From: an uncultured Myxococcales bacterium
Lineage (GTDB): Bacteria > Myxococcota > B64-G9
Direction: 5' to 3'
Assembly (NCBI GenBank): GCA_964513625.1
Contig: CAZENH010000017.1
Coordinates: 5,947 to 69,946 of the forward strand
DNA: 64,000 nt
Shown here one piece after another: positions 29,201-37,889 of this stretch (its first letter is position 1; each line of letters starts with the position of its first letter). Made by a program: the position numbers and the translations under genes. The notes below the pieces were generated by a model. The model saw nothing but the letters and a program-made list of their open reading frames with translations, was not told where the DNA came from and did not search any database.

Positions 29201-29398
29201 GACGCCGTGGCCGTCAGCGAATGCCGGGCGCTGGTGATCGATCGTACAGATTTCATGGATCTGGTGGCCGACCGGGTGGAGTTGCTGCACGGTATATTCC
29301 TGGCCTTGACAGAGCGCTTGCGGGCCCTGTTGGCGGTGACCGAGGAGGGCGCTTTAGCCGAGGAAGCCTACGACGACGGCCCGACCAACCCTGTCTGA
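26258..29398 (+). CDS. Npt/TLC-type MFS nucleotide transporter fused to HEAT repeats and a cNMP-binding-like domain
   Basis: About 12 TM with FWSVAGDIFDPQEGKRVFG; HEAT-like repeats (VRLAAIDAV, VRRIAARA); C-terminal ILREGEPGDALYII. Confidence 0.85.
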   Translation: MELGKLSRWAARASGVRPEEGRRTLLATFFYFFFVAHVVMVKSASNALFLSRHDPKHLPYLYILVAVLVGVAVVLASKVLADPRKRLMRTLSLTGAATGLLLFWGLLRFNLLPVSPVLYLFGEVSATALNIQFWSVAGDIFDPQEGKRVFGILSCGGMSGSIFGGVFVHQIGLALGTVNLLLAAAAFLLVCVFLAQGLAKHHGRADALKEHESLGLRQGFRYVASKNYPRTFGLLMLLAAVMTSFVDYFFRTSARSFLGEDQLAALFGDLNAYVGIISVAFLFLLSGRLLRRMGIFNYLLIIPAGMILASIGSIVFPVFLVVYVLKIIENSGSLSINQAGLQLLYNPVPTGMRASARGVIDGFMRKMGYAVGGGLLLLLAPFLDHPVYEIVIICMVLVFVVMLLRMRGLYVQQLDEKIRIGTRRRADLRLEDASTQRVLHKALNGDDDDLAETALGLLAEIPTVDIRSDLRRLLSGKSEKVRLAAIDAVAKRGYTDFLFDLLGIINSGSRRARVAAVRAVVALDPARASGALGPYLRSEDPGLVAVAIEAMIQLQGCEVSNPAVAVLEGILDQGIAASPGVRRETVRLLGRLGDGPYAERIKDYLSDSDVSVRRIAARAAMQVYRPEFVPLLLKMLSDRETRPEARDALAAYGDQIIDILAEWLNDRQRPLEVRLRLPRVIRMIATQRAGEVLLFSNIQDDALLRYRIALALSGMRQYSQIHFDRRWALEAVDRRTDSYRYYDRIYRQLACYLPPASLAIKVLRERLEQNIEVAFRVLGLVYPHRTMMNIYYRLRAARGEAWSDALELLDNVVDRETRARLLPILENHRALIEISPATPWDGTLDQIRETLDELCASKDLLLRAATVHTRCSMGEDFEDCYPILVEGKDTMNLMEIVLFLESVNIFKQNNLDDLSALAVITKEHDFKPGEHILREGEPGDALYIITTGEAEISKKGKKILTVGEKASLGSVSLLDQKPNAADAVAVSECRALVIDRTDFMDLVADRVELLHGIFLALTERLRALLAVTEEGALAEEAYDDGPTNPV

Positions 29399-29505
29399 AA
29401 GATCGACCATGTTTCTTTGCCTGGTGTGGCAAGACGTGTCATAATCCCGGCAAGTCATCCGGATGCCCGTGCAAGCCGCGCCTGCCCGTCGGGCACTGCC
29501 ATGGT

Positions 29506-29534
29506 TGGTGCTTTATAATCATCGAAAAGCACCA
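29506..29534. promoter_or_regulatory. Inverted repeat overlapping a TATAAT upstream of the kinase gene
   Basis: tggtgcttt-N11-aaagcacca with TATAAT at 29514-29519. Confidence 0.35.
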
Positions 29535-29560
29535 GCGGCCGATTATGAACAGGAGCCCGA

Positions 29561-31471
29561 ATGAATTTCCTGCCGGCTCTACATTTCTTCTGCCTTCTGA
29601 TCTACCTGTCGATGGCGGGCTTCATTCTGTATAGAGACCCGAAATCCACGCTGAACAGGACCTGCTCCGCTTTGTTGTTCTGTTTTGGATTATGGACTCT
29701 CTCGGATATATTTTCGCACAATCCCGGCATTGCCAATGATTCCGTAATGCTGATCGAGAATATTTCCTCTATCGGCTGGCTCGTTTTTCCCGTCGCTCTT
29801 CTTTGTTTCGCGCTGGCATTCTCCAGGCGCGAGCGAGTCATGCGGACGAAGACATTCCTCGTTCTTGCCCCGATCCTGCCGCTCGTTCTTCTCTACCAGC
29901 AATGGACGAGTCACCTGACGCTGGATTACGTCCAGCGATCTTACGGCTGGGAATTTCAGTGGTCGGATTCCTGCTGGCCGTACGTTTTCTATGTCTACTA
30001 TGTCTCGCTTACGCTCATTTCGATTTACCTGGTCTACAGGCGCGGAAAGGATACCGAGAAACCGCAGGAAAAGAAGCAGGCCAGGATGATTGTGGTTTGT
30101 GTCGGCATCAGCCTGGTTCTGGGCAGCGCGACCGACGTGGTGGTTCCAGTGTTCGGTATCAAGGGAGTTCCATCCTTGGCGGATGTCAGCGTGCTCATCT
30201 TAGCCGTGGGGATTGTCTACGCGATCATCAAGTACGAGTTCTTGACCATCTCTCCCGCCATCGCCGCGGAAAATATCATTAGGTCGATGGAAGAGATTCT
30301 GGTTCTGCTGGACGACGAAGGAAACATCACCACGGCGAACAAATCGGCGTTGAGATTGTTGGGATACAGACAAGAGGAGCTTCGCGGGAAATCGATCGCG
30401 ATGCTCATGAGAAAAGCCGGGTCGAGTTCCTCTTTGCTGGAAGGAGAAACGGCGGGCGGATCCACGGGAGTTTATGAAGGCAGATTCCAGGCGAAAAACG
30501 GAAAGGCAATTCCAGTAATTTTTTCGATCTCGGTCTTGAAGGATCAAGGGGGAAACACGGCCGGGACGGTCATCGTGGCCACGGACCTCACCAAGCACAA
30601 ACTGGCCGAAGAGGAAAAAAACAAACTCAGGACACAACTCCTTCAAGCGGAAAAATTGGCCGCGATCGGCCAGCTGGCCGCCGACGTGGCCCACGAGATC
30701 AACAACCCGCTGGCCTACGTTCGGGCGAACCTGACCGCGCTGGAGGATTACTCCGCCACGATCAAAGACCTGTGGCTCGCCGCCAAAGCGGCCGCGACCT
30801 GCCTGCAGGGTACCGGGCAGCCCGAAGCCGACGACCTGGCGCAGAACCTGCTGACCGCCCGTGGCCGCTCCGAGGAGTCGGTCGAGCGCAATGTGCTGGA
30901 GATCGCCGAGCTGACCGACGAGATCCTCGAGGGCGTCAAGCGAATCGCCGATCTGGTGTCCGGCTTCAACAGCCTGACGAAGCCGCTCGAACCGGCCCAG
31001 GCGGAGTCCTTTGACGCCGGGGATCTGGTCCAAAAGATCCTTTCGTCCCTGCCGGAAACCAGCGACCAGCGCGAACGGAAGATCGCGCTGGAGGTGGACG
31101 GCCGCCTGCAAGCCAGGGCGGCGGTCGAGGACGTGCGGACGGCGCTGCTCAACGTGCTCACTTTCCTGTTTGCGCGGCGTGAAAGCCCTTCTTGCCCGGT
31201 CCGTCCCGTGTCCATACGCTGCTATGCACGGGCCGATCGTCCTACGGTCGATATCATCGACCCGATGCTGAAGATGACCGAAGACGAGCGGCTGCGGATC
31301 TTCGAGCCGCGAGTCCAGGTAGACGAGCGCAAAGGCCGGACCATGCGTCTCGACCTGGGCATGCCCCTTGCCTACCAGTTCCTCCAGCGAAACGGCGGGA
31401 ACCTGTTTGTCGAGCAAGCCGAGGACGGCGGAACCGTCTTCAGGTTCGATCTGTCGCCGGAACGGGGTTAG
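29561..31471 (+). CDS. 7TM-PAS histidine kinase-like protein with degenerate HATPase domain
   Basis: HisKA_7TM-like N-terminus, PAS, H-box AHEINNPL; the N, G1 and G2 boxes are non-canonical. Confidence 0.8.
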   Translation: MNFLPALHFFCLLIYLSMAGFILYRDPKSTLNRTCSALLFCFGLWTLSDIFSHNPGIANDSVMLIENISSIGWLVFPVALLCFALAFSRRERVMRTKTFLVLAPILPLVLLYQQWTSHLTLDYVQRSYGWEFQWSDSCWPYVFYVYYVSLTLISIYLVYRRGKDTEKPQEKKQARMIVVCVGISLVLGSATDVVVPVFGIKGVPSLADVSVLILAVGIVYAIIKYEFLTISPAIAAENIIRSMEEILVLLDDEGNITTANKSALRLLGYRQEELRGKSIAMLMRKAGSSSSLLEGETAGGSTGVYEGRFQAKNGKAIPVIFSISVLKDQGGNTAGTVIVATDLTKHKLAEEEKNKLRTQLLQAEKLAAIGQLAADVAHEINNPLAYVRANLTALEDYSATIKDLWLAAKAAATCLQGTGQPEADDLAQNLLTARGRSEESVERNVLEIAELTDEILEGVKRIADLVSGFNSLTKPLEPAQAESFDAGDLVQKILSSLPETSDQRERKIALEVDGRLQARAAVEDVRTALLNVLTFLFARRESPSCPVRPVSIRCYARADRPTVDIIDPMLKMTEDERLRIFEPRVQVDERKGRTMRLDLGMPLAYQFLQRNGGNLFVEQAEDGGTVFRFDLSPERG

Positions 31472-31495
31472 CGAGCCGAAGCGCGATCCCGGGCG

Positions 31496-32989
31496 TCAGA
31501 TCTGCTTGAGTTTGGCCTTGATTTCCTGGTTGGCGTTGCCGGCGCTGAGGCGAACCGGGGCAATGTACACTTCGTAGCCTTTCTTCTCTATGCGCAGGGT
31601 CAGGTCCTCGTCGAAGGGAACCGACTCGATCGTGGCCGGGGTTTTTCCTCGGAGCTGGCCTCTGAGCGTGATCTCGGCCCCCGGCGGATCCGAGATGACT
31701 TTCAGGGTGCCGCTGGTGGCCAGCGGGGACGAGGGCGCCTGGTTTTTCTTGCCGCCGAGATCGACCAGGATGTAGGCGCCGGCGGCGCACAGCAGCACAA
31801 GCAGCAAGATGATGACAATCATCGGCCGCGATAGACCATTGGAGCGCCTGTTCTCGCGGGCGGCGGGAGTCGGCCTTTCCGGCTGCCGGGGAGGGATCGT
31901 CCTGGGTTGGGTGACAGGCTGCGGCGCCGGAGCCATCGGCAGCGCATCGCTCTCTGCCGTGTTCTCGTATGGCTCCCAGGGGACAAACTCTTCCTTCCTG
32001 CGCTTTGCTTCCGCCTCCTGGCGCTGGCGTTCGGCGGCCAGCAGGTCGCGTATTTCGGCGTACTCCTCGGGAAACAGCTTTTTCATGAACTCGCTCAGGT
32101 GCGGGGTACCGACCGACCAGCCCGAACGGTTCAGGTAGCCTTCCAGCGACTGGTGCATCTCGTAGGCGGTCTGGAAGCGATCGACCGAGCGCTTTGCCAG
32201 CGCTTTGAGAATTATGGCTTCCAGGTCGGGCGGCATGTCGCCCCGAAGATCGCGGGGCTTGGGCACCGGTTTCCTGAGGATGGCCTCCATGGTCAAGAGC
32301 TCGCTGCTCTCGCGGTAGAGATGCGCGCCGGTGCAGACCTCCCAGAGCACGATTCCCAGCGCGAAGATGTCCGAGCGAGGATCGATCGGCATGCCCCGGA
32401 TCTGTTCGGGCGACATGTAGGAGAACTTGCCCTTGAGGACCCCGTCTTCCTCCTCCTGGAAAGTCACCCTGGCCTTGGCTACCCCGAAATCGATCAGCTT
32501 GGCCAAACCGTCGAAGGTCAGAATAATATTGTGCGGGCTGATATCGCGGTGCACGATGCCCAGCGGACGGCCGCTCTTGTCTGTCTTGGTGTGGGCGTAG
32601 TAGAGGCCCTCGGCTATCTGGCTCAGGATCTTGGCGGCGTAGGGCAAGGGAAGCAGACGGCCGCTCTTGCGGGTGGTTACCGAGATGCGCTGCAGATCTT
32701 CCCCGTGGGCGAACTCCATGGCGATGAAGTACTGCCCGTCGACCTCGCCCAGGTCGAGCGTCTGGGCGATGTGGGCGTGATCGAGAAAAACGGCCAGCCG
32801 GGCTTCGTCGAGGAACATCTTGACGAAACGCTCGTTGGACGAAAGGTGCGGCAGGATGACTTTCATGGCCACCGGCTTGGTGAAGCCTCCCAAGCCGCTC
32901 TTCTTGCGCGCCAGGTAAACCTCGGCCATACCACCGGCCGCCAGGCGCTTGAGAATCACATACTCGCCAAACCTGTCTCCCGCTTCCAA
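31496..32989 (-). CDS. Hanks-type Ser/Thr protein kinase with TM and PEGA domain
   Basis: LAAGGMAEV, VAMK, HRDISPHN, DFG, GKFSYMSPEQ; TM helix; VISDPPGAEI...GKTP PEGA; TTG start. Confidence 0.93.
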   Translation of the reverse strand: MEAGDRFGEYVILKRLAAGGMAEVYLARKKSGLGGFTKPVAMKVILPHLSSNERFVKMFLDEARLAVFLDHAHIAQTLDLGEVDGQYFIAMEFAHGEDLQRISVTTRKSGRLLPLPYAAKILSQIAEGLYYAHTKTDKSGRPLGIVHRDISPHNIILTFDGLAKLIDFGVAKARVTFQEEEDGVLKGKFSYMSPEQIRGMPIDPRSDIFALGIVLWEVCTGAHLYRESSELLTMEAILRKPVPKPRDLRGDMPPDLEAIILKALAKRSVDRFQTAYEMHQSLEGYLNRSGWSVGTPHLSEFMKKLFPEEYAEIRDLLAAERQRQEAEAKRRKEEFVPWEPYENTAESDALPMAPAPQPVTQPRTIPPRQPERPTPAARENRRSNGLSRPMIVIILLLVLLCAAGAYILVDLGGKKNQAPSSPLATSGTLKVISDPPGAEITLRGQLRGKTPATIESVPFDEDLTLRIEKKGYEVYIAPVRLSAGNANQEIKAKLKQI

Positions 32990-33042
32990 ACTCGGCCCCT
33001 GTTTCGCAAGTTGGAACGGTACGATAGCAGTTTTTCAATCGG

Positions 33043-33058
33043 CGCACAAGATTGTGCG
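33043..33058. promoter_or_regulatory. Palindrome in the divergent kinase/lipoprotein promoter region
   Basis: cgcacaa-ga-ttgtgcg, perfect 7-bp arms. Confidence 0.35.
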
Positions 33059-33114
33059 TACAAGATGGTCGCGCTTCGGCGCGCGATGGGTTATTATTGG
33101 CTTTCGAGGTGAAC

Positions 33115-36100
33115 ATGAAGGCGAAGATATTGTCGATCGGCATGTTGTGCGCCATGCAACTTGCGGCCTGCAGCTATGAACTGGATACTACGCGCGAAGC
33201 GCCCGAGCGGGGCAGCCTGGGCCAGGAGATCTATCGTATCATCGAAGCCGATCTGCAACGCATGCACCCCAAGAAGGGATTGGCTTTAGCCCGGGAGCAA
33301 GAGCGCCTGGTCGAAGCCCTCGACGGGCTCATGCCCGATGCAATGTTGTCCGATCTGCAGGACTACCTGGTTGCAATTTTGCCGCTCTACGATGAAGGAG
33401 TCTTGCAGTCCGTGTTCCGCCCGAGCGCCTGCATCCTGGCCCAGTTCGCGGACGATGCCCAGTTCCTGCAGGCAAACTGGTACGCGGATCATCCGTCGGG
33501 CTACGGCAAGGATGAAACCGGTTCGCTAATGAGAAGGTTGCTGGTAAACCCCACGACGCCCGATCTGCTGGATCATCTGGCCGTGTTGTGGCTGGCTCAC
33601 GACGGGCTCGATGATCAGTTTGTACCGGACGACGACGAGGACGACACCTTCAGTGCCCTGCAGAGAGAGCTGGCCGACAAGATGACGGCGGCCGCGATCG
33701 ATGAAGATCCGGATTGTGCGGCGTGCGTTTTTCTCGATTTCCTGCTGTCTACGGACGGAAGACTGATGGCCGGCCAGGGCGAGGAACACTGGATTGTAAG
33801 AACGGATGTCAGGGGTCGGGCACGGCCGCTTAGCGATCCCGGTACGGCAGAGCCGATTTCGCCCTTCGTTGATACCGACCAGGACGGCCTGGCCGACATC
33901 GATTCGCAGAGAGGCGATTTCATCGACCAAAACGGCGCTGCTCTCGATGTCCCGCCGCCGTTTCAGCCGGACGGCAGCCGCTCGTTGGTCGGCGGCTCGC
34001 TGCTCTACGAGTACTCGGACCTGCGCCAGTCGATGCTGGGAGCGCTCGTCGATCAGCTCGAACCGCTGATAGCGGACGGCTTCATCTGGGAGCTTCCTCC
34101 CGCCCTGAGATCGCTGCTGGGCGAGAAGGTCGCCCGGGCGGACGACAAGGGTGTCTTTCCCGGCTACGAGCCGGACGACTCGCCGGCGGTGGCCTTGACC
34201 CACGCGCTTATTGTGCTGCTCGACTACGACAGGCTGCCCGAGCTGCTCGATGCATTGCTGACGGTGGCGGAACTCAGGGAGCCGCAGCTAGCCGAGTTGC
34301 GCAACGAGTTCCGGCGGGTATCCGATATCACCGACGATTACGATCAGCTTTCGTTGAACGATCACAACCGCTTGCTCGACGACCTGGTCCCGCACCTTCT
34401 GGAGATGGCGAAACGGGGCTACCTTGCGGATTTCCTGCGCTCGTACTCGGACCAGCGCGCACACGGCTTGCAGGCCGGCCTGGCCGACATGATCCGCTAT
34501 CGCGACGTGCTGGACGACCAGGCGCCGGGCGGCATGGAGTTTCACCTGCCGACCGACTTCGATCTCTCGGACAGCCAGTATGCCAATCGCTCCAACCTGC
34601 AGAAGATGTTGCACCTGACCTGGGATACCAACGGGGCCGAGCACGGCACTTCGATAGCCGGCTTCGACGTATTCACCATCAGCGACATGCTCGCCTTTTG
34701 GCTCGACTCGACGGCCGATACCGGCAACCCCGACGAGGGTCTGGCTTACGTTCCCTGGTACGTGGTGGCCGCGGTAAGCGAGTTTACCGGCGAGTATCCG
34801 CCGGTCGAGGAAGTCGACCGCTTCATGAACCACGATCACACGATTCTAGGCAACCCCAAGGGGCGCGAGGGGCACGAACTTCTCAACTACAACGCGGAAT
34901 CGCTGCTGGCGCTGGAGGTGTCGGGGATGCTCGATGCGCTCAGGCCGGGATCGACGGCCATGACAATCCGCGATCGCGACCAGCAACGCTCCGGCACCAA
35001 GGTCTTCGCCGATCTGCTGGCCAGCCTGCATCCGCACTACTCGGTCAACGTTCCCAATGCTTCTTCCGCCTGCGCCAACATGCGGGTGCTCGAGCCGATG
35101 CTGCTCGATATCCTGGACAACACCGACGTCTTGCGGGTGGCCGGCGATTTTCTGGGCTCGCTGGACGGTCTCAAAACGGCCTCCGGCCTGGACGTTGTCG
35201 ACGAACTGGCGCTCTTTACGCGGCATTTGCTCGAGCCCGATCCCGCCATACTGCGCCACGACGGCGGCGACTGGGTGTTCGCCGGCGACGACACGACGCA
35301 CGTCTCTCCCATCAGCCGGCTCTACCTGCTCGTAGACGCCATGCGTGTCGTCGACGATGCGCTGGAGGCGGATCCCGAGGCGGACGCGGCCCTCGACAGG
35401 ACGACCGATTTACTGAAAGAGCGCTTTCTGAAAGTGGAAGAAACCGACGGCATCTGGCGTTTCTCGAACCGGCGGGCCTGGTTTCTGGCTCTGAACGCCG
35501 TCTCGTTCTTCAGCGAACGCGCGGAAAAGCACCGCGACGCGGGCGAACTGAGCGCGAAGCTGGCGGAGATCGAGGACGATTTGCGCGATGCGGTCGGCGG
35601 CCGGGTCACGCCCAGGCTGGTAGACGCTTTTCAGCTGATCGCAGACGACGCCGAGTTACCGGGCGAGTTGGACTCGATCACGCTCGACCTGCTGGACAGC
35701 TCCGATCCCGGGTGGGTGCGCACGCTGCGCAAGGCTGCCGCCTGGCTGCTGCAGGATCTGCTGGTCGACAGGGTGAGCGTGCCCATGGCTCACTCGATCG
35801 GCAGGCAAATCGACCCGGACGGTTACGGCTGGAAACTCGTCCCCGGCGCGGGCTGCGCTGCCAGCGACCCGCCGAATGTCCTTGTCAGCAGCTTGATGAA
35901 ATTGCTTTTGCGCATGCGCCGGACACAAGTTCCCGAGCGAGACGTCTTTGCCGAACTGCTGGCAAACGCGGGCTCACTGATTAGCGCTCCCGACGGCTAC
36001 CCGTTGTATGATTTCGGAGAAGTCATCGGCGCCGTACACCGCGAGGATCCAGAGCAGACCGGGGAAAAGTCGGTAGACGACATAGCCAGCATTTTGAAAG

Positions 36101-36180
36101 AGGTGTCCGACTACCTGACTGACGATGATCGTGGACTGGAGAAGCTCTACCAGCAGGTGGAAAGAAGGAACGGCTTCTGA
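33115..36180 (+). CDS. Large (about 1020 aa) acidic alpha-helical lipoprotein, unknown function
   Basis: GAGGTG RBS; lipobox LAAC; DTDQDGLADID Ca-binding-type loop; no catalytic family recognised. Confidence 0.8.
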   Translation: MKAKILSIGMLCAMQLAACSYELDTTREAPERGSLGQEIYRIIEADLQRMHPKKGLALAREQERLVEALDGLMPDAMLSDLQDYLVAILPLYDEGVLQSVFRPSACILAQFADDAQFLQANWYADHPSGYGKDETGSLMRRLLVNPTTPDLLDHLAVLWLAHDGLDDQFVPDDDEDDTFSALQRELADKMTAAAIDEDPDCAACVFLDFLLSTDGRLMAGQGEEHWIVRTDVRGRARPLSDPGTAEPISPFVDTDQDGLADIDSQRGDFIDQNGAALDVPPPFQPDGSRSLVGGSLLYEYSDLRQSMLGALVDQLEPLIADGFIWELPPALRSLLGEKVARADDKGVFPGYEPDDSPAVALTHALIVLLDYDRLPELLDALLTVAELREPQLAELRNEFRRVSDITDDYDQLSLNDHNRLLDDLVPHLLEMAKRGYLADFLRSYSDQRAHGLQAGLADMIRYRDVLDDQAPGGMEFHLPTDFDLSDSQYANRSNLQKMLHLTWDTNGAEHGTSIAGFDVFTISDMLAFWLDSTADTGNPDEGLAYVPWYVVAAVSEFTGEYPPVEEVDRFMNHDHTILGNPKGREGHELLNYNAESLLALEVSGMLDALRPGSTAMTIRDRDQQRSGTKVFADLLASLHPHYSVNVPNASSACANMRVLEPMLLDILDNTDVLRVAGDFLGSLDGLKTASGLDVVDELALFTRHLLEPDPAILRHDGGDWVFAGDDTTHVSPISRLYLLVDAMRVVDDALEADPEADAALDRTTDLLKERFLKVEETDGIWRFSNRRAWFLALNAVSFFSERAEKHRDAGELSAKLAEIEDDLRDAVGGRVTPRLVDAFQLIADDAELPGELDSITLDLLDSSDPGWVRTLRKAAAWLLQDLLVDRVSVPMAHSIGRQIDPDGYGWKLVPGAGCAASDPPNVLVSSLMKLLLRMRRTQVPERDVFAELLANAGSLISAPDGYPLYDFGEVIGAVHREDPEQTGEKSVDDIASILKEVSDYLTDDDRGLEKLYQQVERRNGF

Positions 36181-36197
36181 TTTCCGCAGCTGATAAT

Positions 36198-37199
36198 GTG
36201 AAAAGCGACACACTGCGCGTTCTGGTAACCGGCGCAAACGGTTTCCTGGGTTCCCACCTGGTCGACCTGCTTGCGCTGAGCGGCGCATACGAGATCCGCG
36301 CGCTGGTTCGCAAGACCTCCGAGCTGCGTTTCCTTTCGGGAAAACCGGTAGAGCTGGTCTATGGAGACGTGACCCGCGACCCGGGCGATCTGGATGCGGC
36401 CCTGGACGGTGTCGAGCTCGTGTTTCACCTGGCGGGACTGACCAAGGCGCTTGCCCGTAAGTCATTTGATCTGGTCAACCGGGGGGGGACCGAGAACCTC
36501 ATCCAGGCTTGCCTGCGTATGAAACGACCGCCATCCCGGCTGGTATTGTTGTCATCCGCCGGCGCCATGGGACCGTCTTTGGGCAAGCAAGCCCTGAGCG
36601 AGGACATGAATCCCCGGCCGATCACCGCCTACGGGCGTTCGAAGCTGGCGGCCGAGCATGTGGCCCGCGAGTACATGGATCGCCTGTCGATCACGATCCT
36701 CAGGCCGGGCGGAATCTACGGACCGAGGGACACCGAGTTCTTGCCGGTATTCAAATCGGTCGAGCGCGGGTTCCTGGTTCGCCTGGGACTGTCTCCAGGC
36801 CGGATCTGCTTGAGTCACGCGACGGACGTGGCCCGGGCCGCGCTGCTGGCGGGCATCCTGCCGGAGGCGGCCTCGCAGACTTTTCTGGTGGGTGGCTGCA
36901 ACATCTCGCAGGTTGAGCTGGGAAGCGTATTGGCCAAGGTGCTCGGCAAACGCCGATTGATCCCGCTGGTCATACCCGGGCCTGTTCTGAGAACCGCCGG
37001 GGCGATCTCGTCGGCGCTGGGCATGGTTACCCGCAAGGCTCGCATTTTCACCTTTGACAACACCCGTCGGATTTTAGCCGCCAACTGGACCATCGACGGT
37101 TCCAAAGCCGGCCGGCTGCTGGGTTACATGCCCAAGGTAGATCTGGAAGCGGGTCTTTCCGAGACGGCCGAGTGGTACCGCTCGCAGAAGCTACTTTAG
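36198..37199 (+). CDS. NAD-dependent epimerase/dehydratase (extended SDR)
   Basis: VTGANGFLG, HLAG, SS, YGRSK (YxxxK), RPGGIYGP. Confidence 0.9.
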   Translation: MKSDTLRVLVTGANGFLGSHLVDLLALSGAYEIRALVRKTSELRFLSGKPVELVYGDVTRDPGDLDAALDGVELVFHLAGLTKALARKSFDLVNRGGTENLIQACLRMKRPPSRLVLLSSAGAMGPSLGKQALSEDMNPRPITAYGRSKLAAEHVAREYMDRLSITILRPGGIYGPRDTEFLPVFKSVERGFLVRLGLSPGRICLSHATDVARAALLAGILPEAASQTFLVGGCNISQVELGSVLAKVLGKRRLIPLVIPGPVLRTAGAISSALGMVTRKARIFTFDNTRRILAANWTIDGSKAGRLLGYMPKVDLEAGLSETAEWYRSQKLL

Positions 37200-37213
37200 C
37201 ACGAGGTAAAGAT

Positions 37214-37248
37214 TGCATAATACTGTCATAATGTGACAGTATTATGCA
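37214..37248. promoter_or_regulatory. Perfect 15-bp inverted repeat, probable AbiEi operator
   Basis: tgcataatactgtca-taatg-tgacagtattatgca overlapping -10 TATTAT (37240-37245). Confidence 0.7.
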
Positions 37249-37250
37249 TC

Positions 37251-37889
37251 ATGCAAAAACTCACTGAAAAGCTCATGCAGAGCAACCTGAGGAGTGTTTT
37301 CACAGCTATCGATGTCGATAACCTCCTGGGAAGCGCTTCGAATTCAAAGAGATATGCTCTTGTCAAACGCGCCCTGGCCGCTTCCGAGATCGTTCGCATC
37401 AGGCGCGGATTGTATGTGTTGGCCGAGCCGTTCAGGAAAAGCAAACTCGACCTTTTCTGCCTGGCTGCTCGGATCTATGGTCCCGCGTACCTCAGCCTCG
37501 AGTCGGCTCTGTCCGTACACGGCTGGATCCCGGAACGTGTCGTAGCCGTAACCAGCGGAGTATTCAAGCGCTCCGCTTCCTTTGCCACTCCCCTTGGTCG
37601 CTTCGAGTATTCGAAGACCCCTTTTCGATCACTGGCGGGTGTCGAACGGGTAGAGGCGGCAAATGAAGAAGCATTTCTGCTGGCATCTCCGCTGAGGGCC
37701 TTGGCCGATTTGGCGCATGATCGCCACATGCCGGAAATGAACAGCCGCTACCTGACACGCAGCCTGCGGATTGAGCCGCAGCTTCTGGAGCGACTCGATA
37801 CAAAATCTTTCGACTTGTTGCTCGCCGAAGTCGACCGCGGAGCCGCGCCAAGATTTCTTTTGACCTTGCGGGAGGAGTTGGGAAGATGA
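37251..37889 (+). CDS. abiEi: Type IV TA antitoxin, AbiEi family
   Basis: N-terminal wHTH with IRRGLY; PAYLSLESALSVHGWIPE; RALAD; ATGA-coupled to the toxin gene. Confidence 0.85.
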   Translation: MQKLTEKLMQSNLRSVFTAIDVDNLLGSASNSKRYALVKRALAASEIVRIRRGLYVLAEPFRKSKLDLFCLAARIYGPAYLSLESALSVHGWIPERVVAVTSGVFKRSASFATPLGRFEYSKTPFRSLAGVERVEAANEEAFLLASPLRALADLAHDRHMPEMNSRYLTRSLRIEPQLLERLDTKSFDLLLAEVDRGAAPRFLLTLREELGR

